Assembly (NCBI RefSeq): GCF_009914755.1
Contig: NC_060948.1
Source: the human T2T-CHM13v2.0 reference genome, Homo sapiens
DNA: 64,000 nucleotides
Direction: 5' to 3' (one strand)
The notes below the pieces were generated by a model. The model saw only the letters and a list, made by a program, of their open reading frames with translations. It was not told the origin of the DNA and searched no databases. Below are positions 28,611 to 42,780 of the stretch, piece by piece. A program made the position numbers and the translations under genes. The stretch's first letter is position 1, and every line of letters starts with the position of its first letter.

Positions 28611-31600
28611 ATGGAATCAAATCAATGGAATATAATCAAATGGAATGGAAAGGAATTGAATGGAGTAGATTGGATTGGATGGGATTGGAATGAAATGTAC
28701 TGGAAAGGACTCGAATTTCATGAAACGGAATGGAATGAATTAGAACGGAATGGACTCGAATGGAATGGAATGTCATGGAATGGCATCAAATGGAATGGAA
28801 TCGAATGCGATGGAATGCTATGGAATGGAATGGAATGCATTGGAATGGAATGTCCTCTAATGGAATGTATTCGAGTGGAATGGAATCGAATATAATGGAG
28901 TCTAATGAAAGGGAATTGAAAGGAATGGGACCGAATACAACGGAATATACTGGAATGTAATGTAATGAACTCGAATGTAATTGACTGGAATGGAATGTAC
29001 ATGAATGGAATGTAATCGAATGGAAAGCAATCCAATGGAATAGAATCTAATGCAATAAAATCGACTCAAATAGAGTAGAATGTAATGGAATGGAGTGCAG
29101 TGCAATGGAATGGAATGGAATGGAATGCAATGGAATGGAATGGAATGGAATGGAATGGGATGGAATGGTATGGAATGGATAGTAATGGACTGGAGTGAAA
29201 TGGACTGGAAAAGAATGGACTCAAATTGAAAGGTCTCGAAAGGAATGGAGTCAAATGGAATGGTCTGGAATGGAATGAACACGAATGTAATGCAATCCAA
29301 TAGAATGGAATCGAATGGCATGGAATATAAAGAAATGGAATCGAAGAGAATGGAAACAAATGGAATGGAATTGAATGGAATGGAATTGAATGGAATGGGA
29401 ACGAATGGAGTGAAATTGTATGCACTAGAAGAGAATAGAATGGAATGCAAGCGAAAGGAAAGGAATGGATTGGAATGGAATGGAATTCATTGGAATGGAA
29501 GGGAATGTAGTGTAATGGACAGGCCTGGAATAAAGTGGAATGCTACGGTCTCGAATGGAATAAAAATGTATGGAATGGAATGCAATGAAACGGAATCGAA
29601 TGTCATAGAATGTAATGGAATGCAAAAAAATGGACTCCAAAATCATTGACTGGAAAGGCTGGGTGTCGAAAGGAATTGACTCCAATGGAATGGAATCGAA
29701 TGGAATGGAAGTGAATAGAATGGAACTAAATCGAATGGAATGGAATTGATAGGAACGGAATGGAAAGGAATGCAATGATTTGGCATGGAATGGAATCGAA
29801 TGGCATCGAATGGAATGGAATGGAATGCAATGGAATGGAATGTATTAGAATGTAATGAACTTTAATGGAATATACTCGAATGGATTCGACTGGAATGGAA
29901 TGTTCTTGAAGTGAATGGACTCCAATTGAATGGATTCGAAAGGAATGGAATCTAATGGAATGGAATTAAATGGAAATGAATCAAATTGAATAGAACGGAA
30001 TTGAATTGAATGGAATCGAATGCAATGGAATCTAATGAAACGGAAAGGAAAGGAATGGAATGGATTGGAATGGAATGGGCTGGAATGGAATGGAATCGAA
30101 ACGAATGGAATGGAATCGAACTGAAGAGACTGGAATGGAATGCACTGGAATGGAAGGGAATGTAATGGAAGGTTCTCGAAAAAAATGGAATCGAAAGGAA
30201 TGGAATTGAATGGAACGGAATAGAGTCGAATGGAATTCAATGGAATGGAATGGACTAGAGTGAAATGGAATCGAACCACAAGGAATGGACAGGAATAGAA
30301 TGGTCTCGAATTGAATGGAATCGTATGGAATGGCATCAAACGGAATGGAATGGACAGCCACGGAATGGAATGCACTCGAATGCAATGGAGTCGACACTAA
30401 TGGACTGGAATAGAATGGACTCGACTGGTACGGACTCCAATGGAATGGAATCGAATGGAAGGGAATCGAACGGAATGGACTCGAAGGGAAAAGACTGCAA
30501 TGGAAAGGTCTCGAATGGAATGGAAATTAATGGAATGGAATGGAATCGAATGAAATGGAGTCAAAAGGAATGGAATCGAATGGCAAGAAATTGAATGTAA
30601 TGGAATCGCAAGGAATTGATGTGAACGGAACGGAATGGAATGGAATCGAAAGGGATGGAATGGAATCGAATGTAAAGGACTCGAATGGAAATCACTCGAA
30701 TAGAATGCAATTTAATAAAATAGGATCAAATGTAATGGAATGGAATGGAAAGGAATCGAAACGAAAGGAATGGAGACAGATGGAATGGAATGGAACAGAG
30801 AGCAATGGTATAGAATGGAATGGAATCATCTGGAATGGAATTGAATGGAATGGAATAATATGAAATGGAATGGAATGGAATGGAATGCCCTTGAATTAAA
30901 TGGACTGGAATGGAATGGACTCAAACAGAGTGGAATGGAAAGTGTTGAAATAGAATGGAATGGACTCGTTTGGAATGGTCTAGTATGCAATGCAATCGAC
31001 TGGCAGGGAATCAAGAGGAATGTAATCGAATGGATTGGACTGGAATGCAATGGACTCGAATAGATTGGAAACGGAATTCAAAGGAATGGAATGGAATAGT
31101 ATGGAATGGAATGGAAAGGAATGGAGTGGAATAGACTAGAGTGGAATGGAATGGACTCGAAAGCAATGGACTGGAATGGAACTTTCTTGAATGGACTGGA
31201 ATCAAACGGAATGGAATGCAATGCAATCAAATGGCATGGAATAAAATAGAATGAAAGAGAATCAAATGGAATTGAATCGAATGGAATCGAATGGATTGGA
31301 AAGGAATAGAATGGAATGGAATGGAATTGACTCAAATGGAATGGACTAGAATGGAATGGATTCGAATGGAAGGCAAAGGAATGGAATCTATTGGAATGGA
31401 CTGTAATGGAATGGAATGGAAGGGATTGGAATGGACTCGAATGGAATGGACTGCAATAGAAAGGATTCGAATGGAATGAAAAAGAATTGAATGGAATAGA
31501 ACAGAATGGAATCAAATCGAATGAAATGGAATGGAATAGAAAGGAATGGAATGAAATGGAATGGAAAGGATTCGAATGGAATGCAATCGAATGGAATGGA

Positions 31601-32119
31601 ATCGAACGGAATGGAATAAAATGGAAGAAAACTGGCAAGAAATGGAATCGAAATGAATGGAGTGTTATGGAACGGACTCAAAAGGAATTGAATGTAATAG
31701 AATGGAGTGGAGTGGACTCGAATATAATGGACTGGAATGGAATGAAATCACATGGAATGGGAACGAATGGAATGGAATGGAAAGGAATAGAATCGAATGG
31801 AAAGGAATCGAATGGAAGGGAATGAAATTGAATCAACAGGAATGGAAGGGAATAGAATAGACGGTAATGGAATGGACTCGAATAGAATGGACACGAATGC
31901 TCAAATTGAATGGACTCGAATGGAATGGAAACGAAAGGAATGTCATCGAATGGAATTGAATCGATTGGAATGAAATCGCATAGAATGGAGTGGAATCAAA
32001 TGGAATTGAATCGAAAGGAAAGGAAGCCAATGGACTGAAATGAAATGGAATGGAATGGAATGGAAAGTAATGCAATGGAATAGAATGGAACGAAATTTCA
32101 CGGAATGGAATGAAACTGA
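28611..32119 (+). repeat. DYZ1 unit U9 (3509 bp), subtype A, U3-like then U4-like
   Basis: The ORF track matches U3 at offset 21307. Later CTCAAACAGAG and GGAATTCAAAGG match U4. Confidence 0.88.
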
Positions 32120-35100
32120 ATGGAATCAAATCAATGGAATCTAATCAAGTGGAATGGAAAGGAATTGAATGGAGTAGATTGGATTGGATGGGATTGGAAT
32201 GAAATGTACTGGAAAGGACTCGAATTTCATGAAACGGAATGGAATGAATTGGAACGGAATGGACTCGAATGGAATGGAATGTCATGGAATGGCATCAAAT
32301 GGAATGGCATCAAATGGAATGGAATCGAATGCAATTGAATGCTATGGAATGGAATGGAATGCATTGGAATGGAATGTTCTCTAATGGAATGGATTCGAGT
32401 GGAATGGAATCGAATATAATGGAGTCGAATGAAATGGAATTGAAAGGAATGGGATCGAATACAATGGAATATACTGGAATGTAATGTAATGAACTTGAAT
32501 GTAATTGACTGGAATGGAATGTACATGAATGGAATGTAATCGAATGGAAAGTAATCCAATGGAATAGAATCTAATGCAATAAAATCGACTCAGATAGAGT
32601 AGAATGTAATGGAATGGAGTGCAGTGCAATGGAATGGAATGGAATGGAATGCAATGGAATGGAATGGAATGGAATGGAATGGAATGGAATGGAATGGAAT
32701 GGTGTGGAATGGATACTAATGGACTGGAGTGAAATGGACTGGAAATGAATGGACTCAAATTGAAAGGGCTCGAAAGGAATGGAGTCAAATGGAATGGTCT
32801 GGAATGGAATGAACACGAATGTAATGCAATCCAATAGAATGGAATCGAATGGCATGGAATATAAAGAAATGGAATCGAAGAGAATGGAAATAAATGGAAT
32901 GGAATTGAATGGAATGGAATTGAATGGAATGGGAACGAATGGAGTGAAATTGTATGCAGTAGAAGAGAATAGAATGGAATGCAAGCCAAAGGAAAGGAAT
33001 GGATTGGAATGGAATGGAATTCATTGGAATGGAAGGGAATGTAGTGTAATGGACAGGCCTGGAATAAAGTGGAATGCTACGGTCTCGAATGGAATAAAAA
33101 TGTATGGAATGGAATGCAATGAAACGGAATCGAATGTCATAGAATGTAATGGAATGCAAAAAAATGGAATCCAAAATCATTGACTGGAAAGGCTGGATGT
33201 CGAAAGGAATTGACTCCAATGGAATGGAATCGAATGGAATGGAAGTGAATAGAATCGAACTAAATCGAATGGAATGGAATTGATAGGAACGGAATGGAAA
33301 GGAATGCAATGATTTGGCATGGAATGGAAACGAATGGTATCTAATGGAATGGAATGGAATGTAATGGAATGGAATGTATTAGAATGTAATGAACTTTAAT
33401 GGAATGTACTCGAATGGATTCGACTGGAATGGAATGTTCTGGAAGTGAATGGACTCCAATGGAATGGATTGAAACGGAATGGAATCGTACGGAATGGAAT
33501 CTAATGGAATGGAATTAAATGGAAATGAATCAAATTGAATAGAACGGAATTGAATTGAATGGAATGGAATGCAATGGAATCTAATGAAACGGAAAGGAAA
33601 GGAATGGAATGGAATGGAATGGGCTGGAATGGAAAGGAATCGAAACGAATGGAATGGAATCGAACTGAAGAGACTGGAATGGAATGCACTGGAATGGAAG
33701 GGAGTGTAATGGAAGGTTCTCGAAAAAAATGGAATCGAATGGAATGGAATTGAATGGAACGGAATAGAGTCGAATGGAATTGAATGGAATGGAATGGACT
33801 AGAGTGAAATGGAATCGAACCACAAGGAATGGACAGGAATAGAATGGTCTCGAATTGAATGGAATCGTATGGAATGGCATCAAACGGAATGGAATGGACA
33901 GCCACGGAATGGAATGCACTCGAATGCAATGGAGTCGAAACTAATGGATGGAATAGAATGGACTTGACTGGTACGGACTCCAATGGAATGGAATCGAATG
34001 GAACGGAATCGAACGGAATGGACTCGAAGGGAAAAGACTGCAATGGAAAGGTCTCCAATGGAATGGAAATTAATGGAATGGAATGGAATCGAATGAAATG
34101 GAGTCAAAAGGAATGGAATCGAATGGCAAGAAATCGAATGTAATGGAATCGCAAGGAATTGATGTGAACTGAACGGAATGGAATGGAATCCAAAGGAATG
34201 GAATAGAATGGAATGGAATCGAATGGAAAGGACTCGAATGGAAATCACTCGAATAGAATGCAATTTAATAAAATAGGATTAAATGTAATGGAATGGAATG
34301 GAAAGGAATCGAAACGAAAGGAATGGAGACAGATGGAATGGAATGGAACAGAGAGCAATGGTATAGAATGGAATGGAATCATCTGGAATGGAATTGAATG
34401 GAATGGAATAATATGAAATGGAATGGAATGGAATGGAATGGAATGCCCTTGAATTAAATGGACTGGAATGGAATGGACTCGAACAGAGTGGAATGGAAAG
34501 TGTTGAGATAGAATGGAATGGACTCCTTCGGAATGGTGTAGTATGCAATGCAATCGACTGGCAGGGAATCAAAAGGAATGTAATGGAATGGATTGGACTG
34601 GAATGCAATGGACTCGAATAGATTGGAAACGGAATGCAAAGGAATGGAATGGAATAGTATGGAATGGAATGGAAAGGAATGGAGTGGAATAGACTAGAGT
34701 GGAATGGAATGGACTGGAAAGCAATGGACTGGAATGGAACTTTCTTGAATGGACTGGAATCAAACGGAATGGAATGCAATGCAATCAAATGGCATAGAAT
34801 AAGATAGAATGAAAGAGAATCAAATGGAATTGAATGGAATGGAATCAAATGGATTGGAAAGGAATAGAATGGAATGGAATGGAATTGACTCAAATGGAAT
34901 GGACTAGAATGGAATGGATTCGAATGGAAGGCAAAGGAATGGAATCTATTGGAATGTACTGTAATGGAATGCAATGGAAGGGATTGGAATGGACTCGAAT
35001 GGAATGGACTGCAATAGAAAGGATTCGAATGGAATGAAAAAGAATTGAATGGAATAGAACAGAATGGAATCAAATCGAATGAAATGGAATGGAATAGAAA

Positions 35101-35677
35101 GGAATGGAATGAAATGGAATGGAAAGGATTCGAATGGAATGCAAACGAATGGAATGGAATCGAACGGAATGGAATAAAATGGAAGAAAACTGGCAAGAAA
35201 TGGAATCGAAATGAATGGAGTGTTATGGAAGGGACTCAAAAGGAATTGAATGTAATAGAATGGAGTGGAGTGGACTCGAATATAATGGACTGGAATGGAA
35301 TGAAATCACATGGAATGGGAACGAATGGAATGGAATGGAAAGGAATGGAATCGAATGGAAAGGAATCGATTGGAAGGGAATGAAATTGAACCAACAGGAA
35401 TGGAAGGGATTAGAATAGACCGTAATGGAATGGACTCGAATAGAATGGACACGAATGCTCAAATTGAATGGACTCGAATGGAATGGAAACGAAAGGAATG
35501 TCATCGAATGGAATTGAATCGATTGGAATGAAATCGCATAGAATGGAGTGGAATCAAATGGAATTGAATCGAAAGGAAAGGAAGCGAATGGACTGAAATG
35601 AAATGGAATGGAATTGAATGGAAAGTAATGCAATGGAATAGAATGGAACGAAATTTCACGGAATGGAATCAAACTGA
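32120..35677 (+). repeat. DYZ1 unit U10 (3558 bp), subtype B
   Basis: Landmark spacing. The 1 bp deletion CTAATGGATGG near 33949 is shared with U7. Confidence 0.9.
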
Positions 35678-38600
35678 ATGGAATCAAATCAATGGAATCA
35701 AATCAAATGGAATGGAAAGGAATTGAATGGAGTAGATTGGATTGGATGGGATTGGAATGAAATGTACTGGAAAGGACTCGAATTTCATGAAACGGAATGG
35801 AATGAATTGGAACGGAATGGACTCGAATGGAATGGAATGTCATGGAATGGCATCAAATGGAATGGCATCAAATGGAATGGAATCGAATGCAATGGAATGC
35901 TATGGAATGGAATGGAATGCATTGGAATGGAATGTCCTCTAATGGAATGGATTCGAGTGGAATGGAATCGAATATAATGGAGTCGAATGAAATGGAATTG
36001 AAAAGAATGGGATCGAATACAATGGAATATACTGGAATGTAATGTAATGAACACGAATGTAATTGTCTGGAATGGAATGTATATGAATGGAATGTAATCG
36101 AATGGAAAGTAATCCAATGGAATAGAATCTAATGCAATAAAATCGACTCAGATAGAGTAGAATGTAATGGAATGGAGTGCAGTGCAATGGAATGGAATGG
36201 AATGGAATGCAATGGAATGGAATGGAATGGAATGGAATGGGATGGAATGGTATGGAATGGATAGTAATGGACTGGAGTGAAATGGACTGGAAAGGAATGG
36301 ACTCAAATTGAAAGGGCTCGAAAGGAATGGAGACAAACGGAATGGTCTGGAATGGAATGAACACGAATGTAATGCAATCCAATAGAATGGAGTCGAATGG
36401 CATGGAATATAAAGAAATGGAATCGAAGAGAATAGAAACAAATGGAATGGAATTGAATGGAATGGAATTGAATGGAATGGGAACGAATGGAGTGAAATTG
36501 TATGCCCTAGAAGAGAATAGAATGGAATGCAAGTGAAAGGAAAGGAATGGATTGGAATGGAAAGGAATTCATTGGAATGGAAGGGAATGTAGTGTAATGG
36601 ACAGGCCTGGAATAAAGTGGAATGCTACGGTCTCGAGTGGAATAAAAATGTATGGATTGGAATGCAATGAAACGGAATCGAATGTCATAGAATGTAATGG
36701 AATGCAAAAAAATGGAATCCAAAATCATTGACTGGAAAGGCTGGGTGTCGAAAGGAATTGACTCCAATGGAATGGAATCGAATGGAATGGAAGTGAATAG
36801 AATCGAACTAAATCGAATGGAATGGAATTGATAGGAACGGAATGGAAAGGAATGCAATGATTTGGCATGGAATGGAATCGAATGGCATCGAATGGAATGG
36901 AATGGAATGCAATGGAATGGAATGTATTAGAATGTAATGAACTTTAATGGAATGTACTCGAAAGGATTTGACTGGAATGGAATGTTCTGGAAGTGAATGG
37001 ACTCCAATGGACTGGATTCGAAAGGAATGGAATCGTACGGAATGGAATCTAATGGAATGGAATTAAATGGAAATGAATCAAATTGAATAGCACGGAATTG
37101 AATTGAATGGAATGGAATGCAATGGAATCTAATGAAACGGAAAGGAAAGGAATGCAATGGAATGGAATGGGCTGGAATGGAAAGGAATCGAAACGAATGG
37201 AATGGAATCGAACTGAAGAGACTGGAATGGAATGCACTGGAATGGAAGGGAGTGTAATGGAATGTTCTCGAAAAAAATGGAATCGAATGGAATGGAATTG
37301 AGTGGAACGGAATAGAGTCGAATGGAATTGAATGGAATGGAATGGACTAGAGTGAAATGGAATCGAACCACAAGGAATGGACAGGAATAGAATGGTCTCG
37401 AATTGAATGGAATCGTATGGAATGGCATCAAACGGAATGGAATGGACAGCCACGGAATGGAATGCACTCGAATGCAATGGAGTCGAAACTAATGGACTGG
37501 AATAGAATGGACTCGACTGGTACGGACTCCAATGGAATGGAATCGAATGGAAGGGAATCGAACGGAATGGACTCGAAGGGAAAAGACTGCAATGGAACGG
37601 TCTCGAATGGAATGGAAATTAATGGAATGGAATGGAATCGAATGAAATGGAGTCAAAAGGAATGGAATCGAATGGCAAGAAATCGAATGTAATGGAATCG
37701 CAAGGAATTGATGTGAACGGAACGGAATGGAATGGAATCCAAAGGAATGGAATAGAATGGAATGGAATCGAATGGAAAGGACTCGAATGGAAATCACTCG
37801 AATAGAATGCAATTTAATAAAATAGGATCAAATGTAATGGAATGGAATGGAAAGGAATCGAAACGAAAGGAATGGAGACAGATGGAATGGAATGGAACAG
37901 ATAGCAATGGTATACAATGGAATGGAATCATCTGGAATGGAATTGAATGGAATGGAATAATATGAAATGGAATGGAATGGAATGGAATGGAATGCCCTTG
38001 AATTAAATGGACTGGACTCGAACAGAGTGGAATGGAAAGTGTTGAGATAGAATGGAATGGACTCCTTTGGAATGGTCTAGTATGCAATGCAATCGACTGG
38101 CAGGGAATCAAAAGGAATGTAATGGAATTGATTGGACTGGAATGCAATGGACTCGAATAGATTGGAAACGGAATGCAAAGGAATGGAATGGAATAGTATG
38201 GAATGGAATGGAAAGGAATGGAGTGGAATAGACTAGAGTGGAATGGAATGGACTGGAAAGCAATGGACTGGAATGAAACTTTCTTGAATGGACTGGAATC
38301 AAACGTAATGGAATGCAATGCAATCAAATTTCATGGAATAAGATAGAATGAAAGAGAATCAAATGGAATTGAATCGAATGGAATCGAATGGATTGGAAAG
38401 GAAGAGAATGGAATGGAATGGAATTGACTCAAATGGAATGGACTAGAATGGAATGGATTCGAATGGAAGGCAAAGGAATGGAATCTATTGGAATGGACTG
38501 TAATGGAATGGAATGGAAGGGATTGGAATGGACTCGAATGGAATGGACTGCAATAGAAAGGATTCGAATGGAATGAAAAAGAATTGAATGGAATAGAACA

Positions 38601-39211
38601 GAATGGAATCAAATCGAATGAAATGGAATGGAATAGAAAGGAATGGAATGAAATGGAATGGAAAGGATTCGAATGGAATGCAATCGAATGGAATGGAATC
38701 GAACGGAATGGAATAAAATGGAAGAAAACTGGCAAGAAATGGAATCGAAATGAATGGAGTGTTATGGAACGGACTCAAAAGGAATTGAATGTAATAGAAT
38801 GGAGTGGAGTGGACTCGAATATAATGGACTGGAATGGAATGAAATCACATGGAATGGGAACGAATGGAATGGAAAGGAATGGAATCGAATGTAAAGGAAT
38901 CGAACGGAAGGGAATGAAATTGAATCAACAGGAATGGAAGGGAATAGAATAGACTGTAATGGAATGGACACGAATAGAATGGACACGAATGCTCAAATTG
39001 AATGGACTCGAATGGAATGGAAAGGAAAGGAAAGTCATCGAATGGAATTGAATCGATTGGAATGAAATCGCATAGAATGGAGTGGAATCAAATGGAATTG
39101 AATCGAAAGGAAAGGAAGCGAATGGACTGAAATGAAATGGAATGGAATTGAATGGAAAGTAATGCAATGGAATAGAATGGAACGAAATTTCACGGAATGG
39201 AATCAAACTGA
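35678..39211 (+). repeat. DYZ1 unit U11 (3534 bp), subtype B, U1-like
   Basis: CTCGAG at 36632. The 10 bp deletion near 38015 is shared with U1. Confidence 0.9.
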
Positions 39212-42200
39212 ATGGAATCAAATCAATGGAATCTAATCAAATGGAATGGAAAGGAATTGAATGGAGTATATTGGATTGGATGGGATTGGAATGAAATGTA
39301 CTGGAAAGGACTCGAATTTCATGAAACGGAATGGAATGAATTGGAACGGAATGGACTCGAATGGAATGGAATGACATGGAATGGCATCAAATGGAATGGC
39401 ATCAAAAGGAATGGAATCGAATACAATGGAATGCTATGGAATGGAATGGAATGCATTGGAATGGAATGTCCTCTAATGGAATGGATTCGAGTGGAATGGA
39501 ATCGAATATAATGGAGTCGAATGAAATGGAATTGAAAGGAATGGGATCGAATAGAATGGAATATACTGGAATGTAATGTAATGAACTCGAATGTAATTGA
39601 CTGGAATGGAATGTACATGAATGGAATGTAATCGAATGGAAAGTAATCCAATGGAATAGAATCTAATGCAATAAAATCGACTCAGATAGAGTAGAATGTA
39701 ATGGAATGGAGTGCAGTGCAATGGAATGGAATGGAATGGAATGCAATGGAATGGAATGGAATGGAATGGAATGGAATGGAATGGGATGGAATGGGATGGA
39801 ATGGTATGGAATGGATAGTAATGGACTGGAGTGAAATGGACTGGAAAGGAATGGACTCAAATTGAAAGGGCTCGAAAGGAATGGAGACAAATGAAATGGT
39901 CTGGAATGGAATGAACACGAATGTAATGCAATCCAATAGAATGGAGTCGAATGGCATGGAATATAAAGAAATGGAATCGAAGAGAATGGAAACAAATGGA
40001 ATGGAATTGAATGGAATGGAATTGAATGGAATGGGAACGAATGGAGTGAAATTGTATGCAGTAGAAGAGAATAGAATGGAATTCAAGCGAAAGGAAAGGA
40101 ATGGATTGGAATGGAATAGAATTCATTGGAATGGAAGGGAATGTAGTGTAATGGACAGGCCTGGAATAAAGTGGAATGCTACGGTCTCGAATGGAATAAA
40201 AATGTATGGAATGGAATGCAATGAAACGGAATCGAATGTCATCGAATGTAATGGAATGCAAAAAAATGGACTCCAAAATCATTGACTGGAAAGGCTGGGT
40301 GTCGAAAGGAATTGACTCCAATGGAATGGAATCGAATGGAATGGAAGTGAATAGAATCAAACTAAATCGAATGGAATGGAATTGATAGGAACGGAATGGA
40401 AAGGAATGCAATGATTTGGCATGGAATGGAATCGAATGGCATCAAATGGAATGGAATGGAATGCAATGGAATGGAATGTATTAGAATATAATGAACTTTA
40501 ATGGAATGTACTCGAATGGATTCGACTGGAATGGAATGTTCTGGAAGTGAATGGACTCCAATGGAATGGATTCGAAAGGAATGGAATCGTACGGAATGGA
40601 ATCTAATGGAATGGAATTAAATGGAAATGAATCAAATTGAATAGCACGGAATTGAATTGAATGGAATGGAATGCAATGGAATCTAATGAAACGGAAAGGA
40701 AAGGAATGCAATGGAATGGAATGGGCTGGAATGGAAAGGAATCGAAACGAATGGAATGGAATCGAACTGAAGAGACTGGAATGGAAAGCACTGGAATGGA
40801 AGGGAGTGTAATGGAAGGTTCTCGAAAAAAATGGAATCGAATGGAATGCAATTGAATGGAACGGAATAGAGTCGAATGCAATTGAATGGAATGGAATGGA
40901 CTAGAGTGAAATGGAATCGAACCACAAGGAATGGACAGGAATAGAATGGTCTCGAATTGAATGGAATCGTATGGAATGGCATCAAACGAAATGGAATGGA
41001 CAGCCACGGAATGGAATGCACTCGAATGCAATGGAGTCGAAACTAATGGACTGGAATAGAATGGACTCGACTGGTAAGGACTCCAATGGAATGGAATCGA
41101 ATGGAAGGGAAACGAACGGAATGGACTCGAAGGGAAAAGACTGCAATGGAAAGGTCTCGAATGGAATGGAAATTAATGGAATGGAATGGAATCCAATGAA
41201 ATGGAGTCAAAAGGAATGGAATCGAATGGCAAGAAATCGAATGTAATGGAATCGCAAGGAATTGATGTGAACGGAACGGAATGGAATGGAATCCAAAGGA
41301 ATGGAATAGAATGGAATGGAATCGAATGGAAAGGACTCGAATGGAAATCACTCGAATAGAATGCAATTTAATAAAATAGGATCAAATGTAATGGAATGGA
41401 ATGGAAAGGAATCGAAACGAAAGGAATGGAGACCGATGGAATGGAATGGAACAGAGAGCAATGGTATAGAATGGAATGGAATCATCTGGAATGGAATTGA
41501 ATGGAATGGAATAATATGAAATGGAATGGAATGGAATGGAATGGAATGCCCTTGAATTAAATGGACTGGAATGGAATGGACTCGAACAGAGTGGAATGGA
41601 AAGTGTTGAGATAGAATGGAATGGACTCCTTTGGAATGGTGTAGTATGCAATGTAATCGACTGGCAGGGAATCAAAAGGAATGTAATCGAATGGATTGGA
41701 CTGGAATGCAATGGACTCGAATAGATTGGAAACGGAATGCAAAGGAATGGAATGGAATAGTATGGAATGGAATGGAAAGGAATGGAGTGGAATAGACTAG
41801 AGTGGAATGGAATGGACTGGAAAGCAATGGACTGGAATGGAACTTTCTTGAATGGACTGGAATCAAACGGAATGGAATGCAATGCAATCAAATGGCATGG
41901 AATAAAATAGAATGAAAGAGAATCAAATGGAATTGAATCGAATGGAATCGAATGGATTGGAAAGGAATAGAATGGAATGGAATGGAATTGACTCAAATGG
42001 AATGGACTAGAATGGAATGGATTCGAATGGAAGGCAAAGGAATGGAATCTATTGGAATGGACTGTAATGGAATGGAATGGAAGGGATTGGAATGGACTCG
42101 AATGGAATGGACTGCAATAGAAAGGATTCGAATGGAATGAAAAAGAATTGAATGGAATAGAACAGAATGGAATCAAATCGAATGAAATGGAATGGAATAG

Positions 42201-42780
42201 AAAGGAATGGAATGAAATGGAATGGAAAGGATTCGAATGGAATGCAATCGAATGGAATGGAATCGAACGGAATGGAATAAAATGGAAGAAAACTGGCAAG
42301 AAATGGAATCGAAATGAATGGAGTGTTATGGAACGGACTCAAAAGGAATTGAATGTAATAGAATGGAGTGGAGTGGACTCGAATATAATGGACTGGAATG
42401 GAATGAAATCACATGGAATGGGAACGAATGGAATGGAATGGAAAGGAATGGAATGGAATGGAAAGGAATCGAATGGAAGGGAATGAAATTGAATCAACAG
42501 GAATGGAAGGGAATAGAATAGACGGTAATGGAATGGACTCGAATAGAATGGACACGAATGCTCAAATTGAATGGACTCGAAAGGAATGGAAAGGAAAGGA
42601 ATGTCATCGAATGGAATTGAATCGATTGGAATGAAATCGCATAGAATGGAGTGGAATCAAATGGAATTGAATCGAAAGGAAAGGAAGCGAATGGACTGAA
42701 ATGAAATGGAATGGAATTGAATGGAAAGTAATGCAATGGAATAGAATGGAACGAAATTTCACGGAATGGAATCAAACTGA
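39212..42780 (+). repeat. DYZ1 unit U12 (3569 bp), subtype B
   Basis: Landmark spacing. GAATTC at both 40079 and 40119. Confidence 0.9.
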
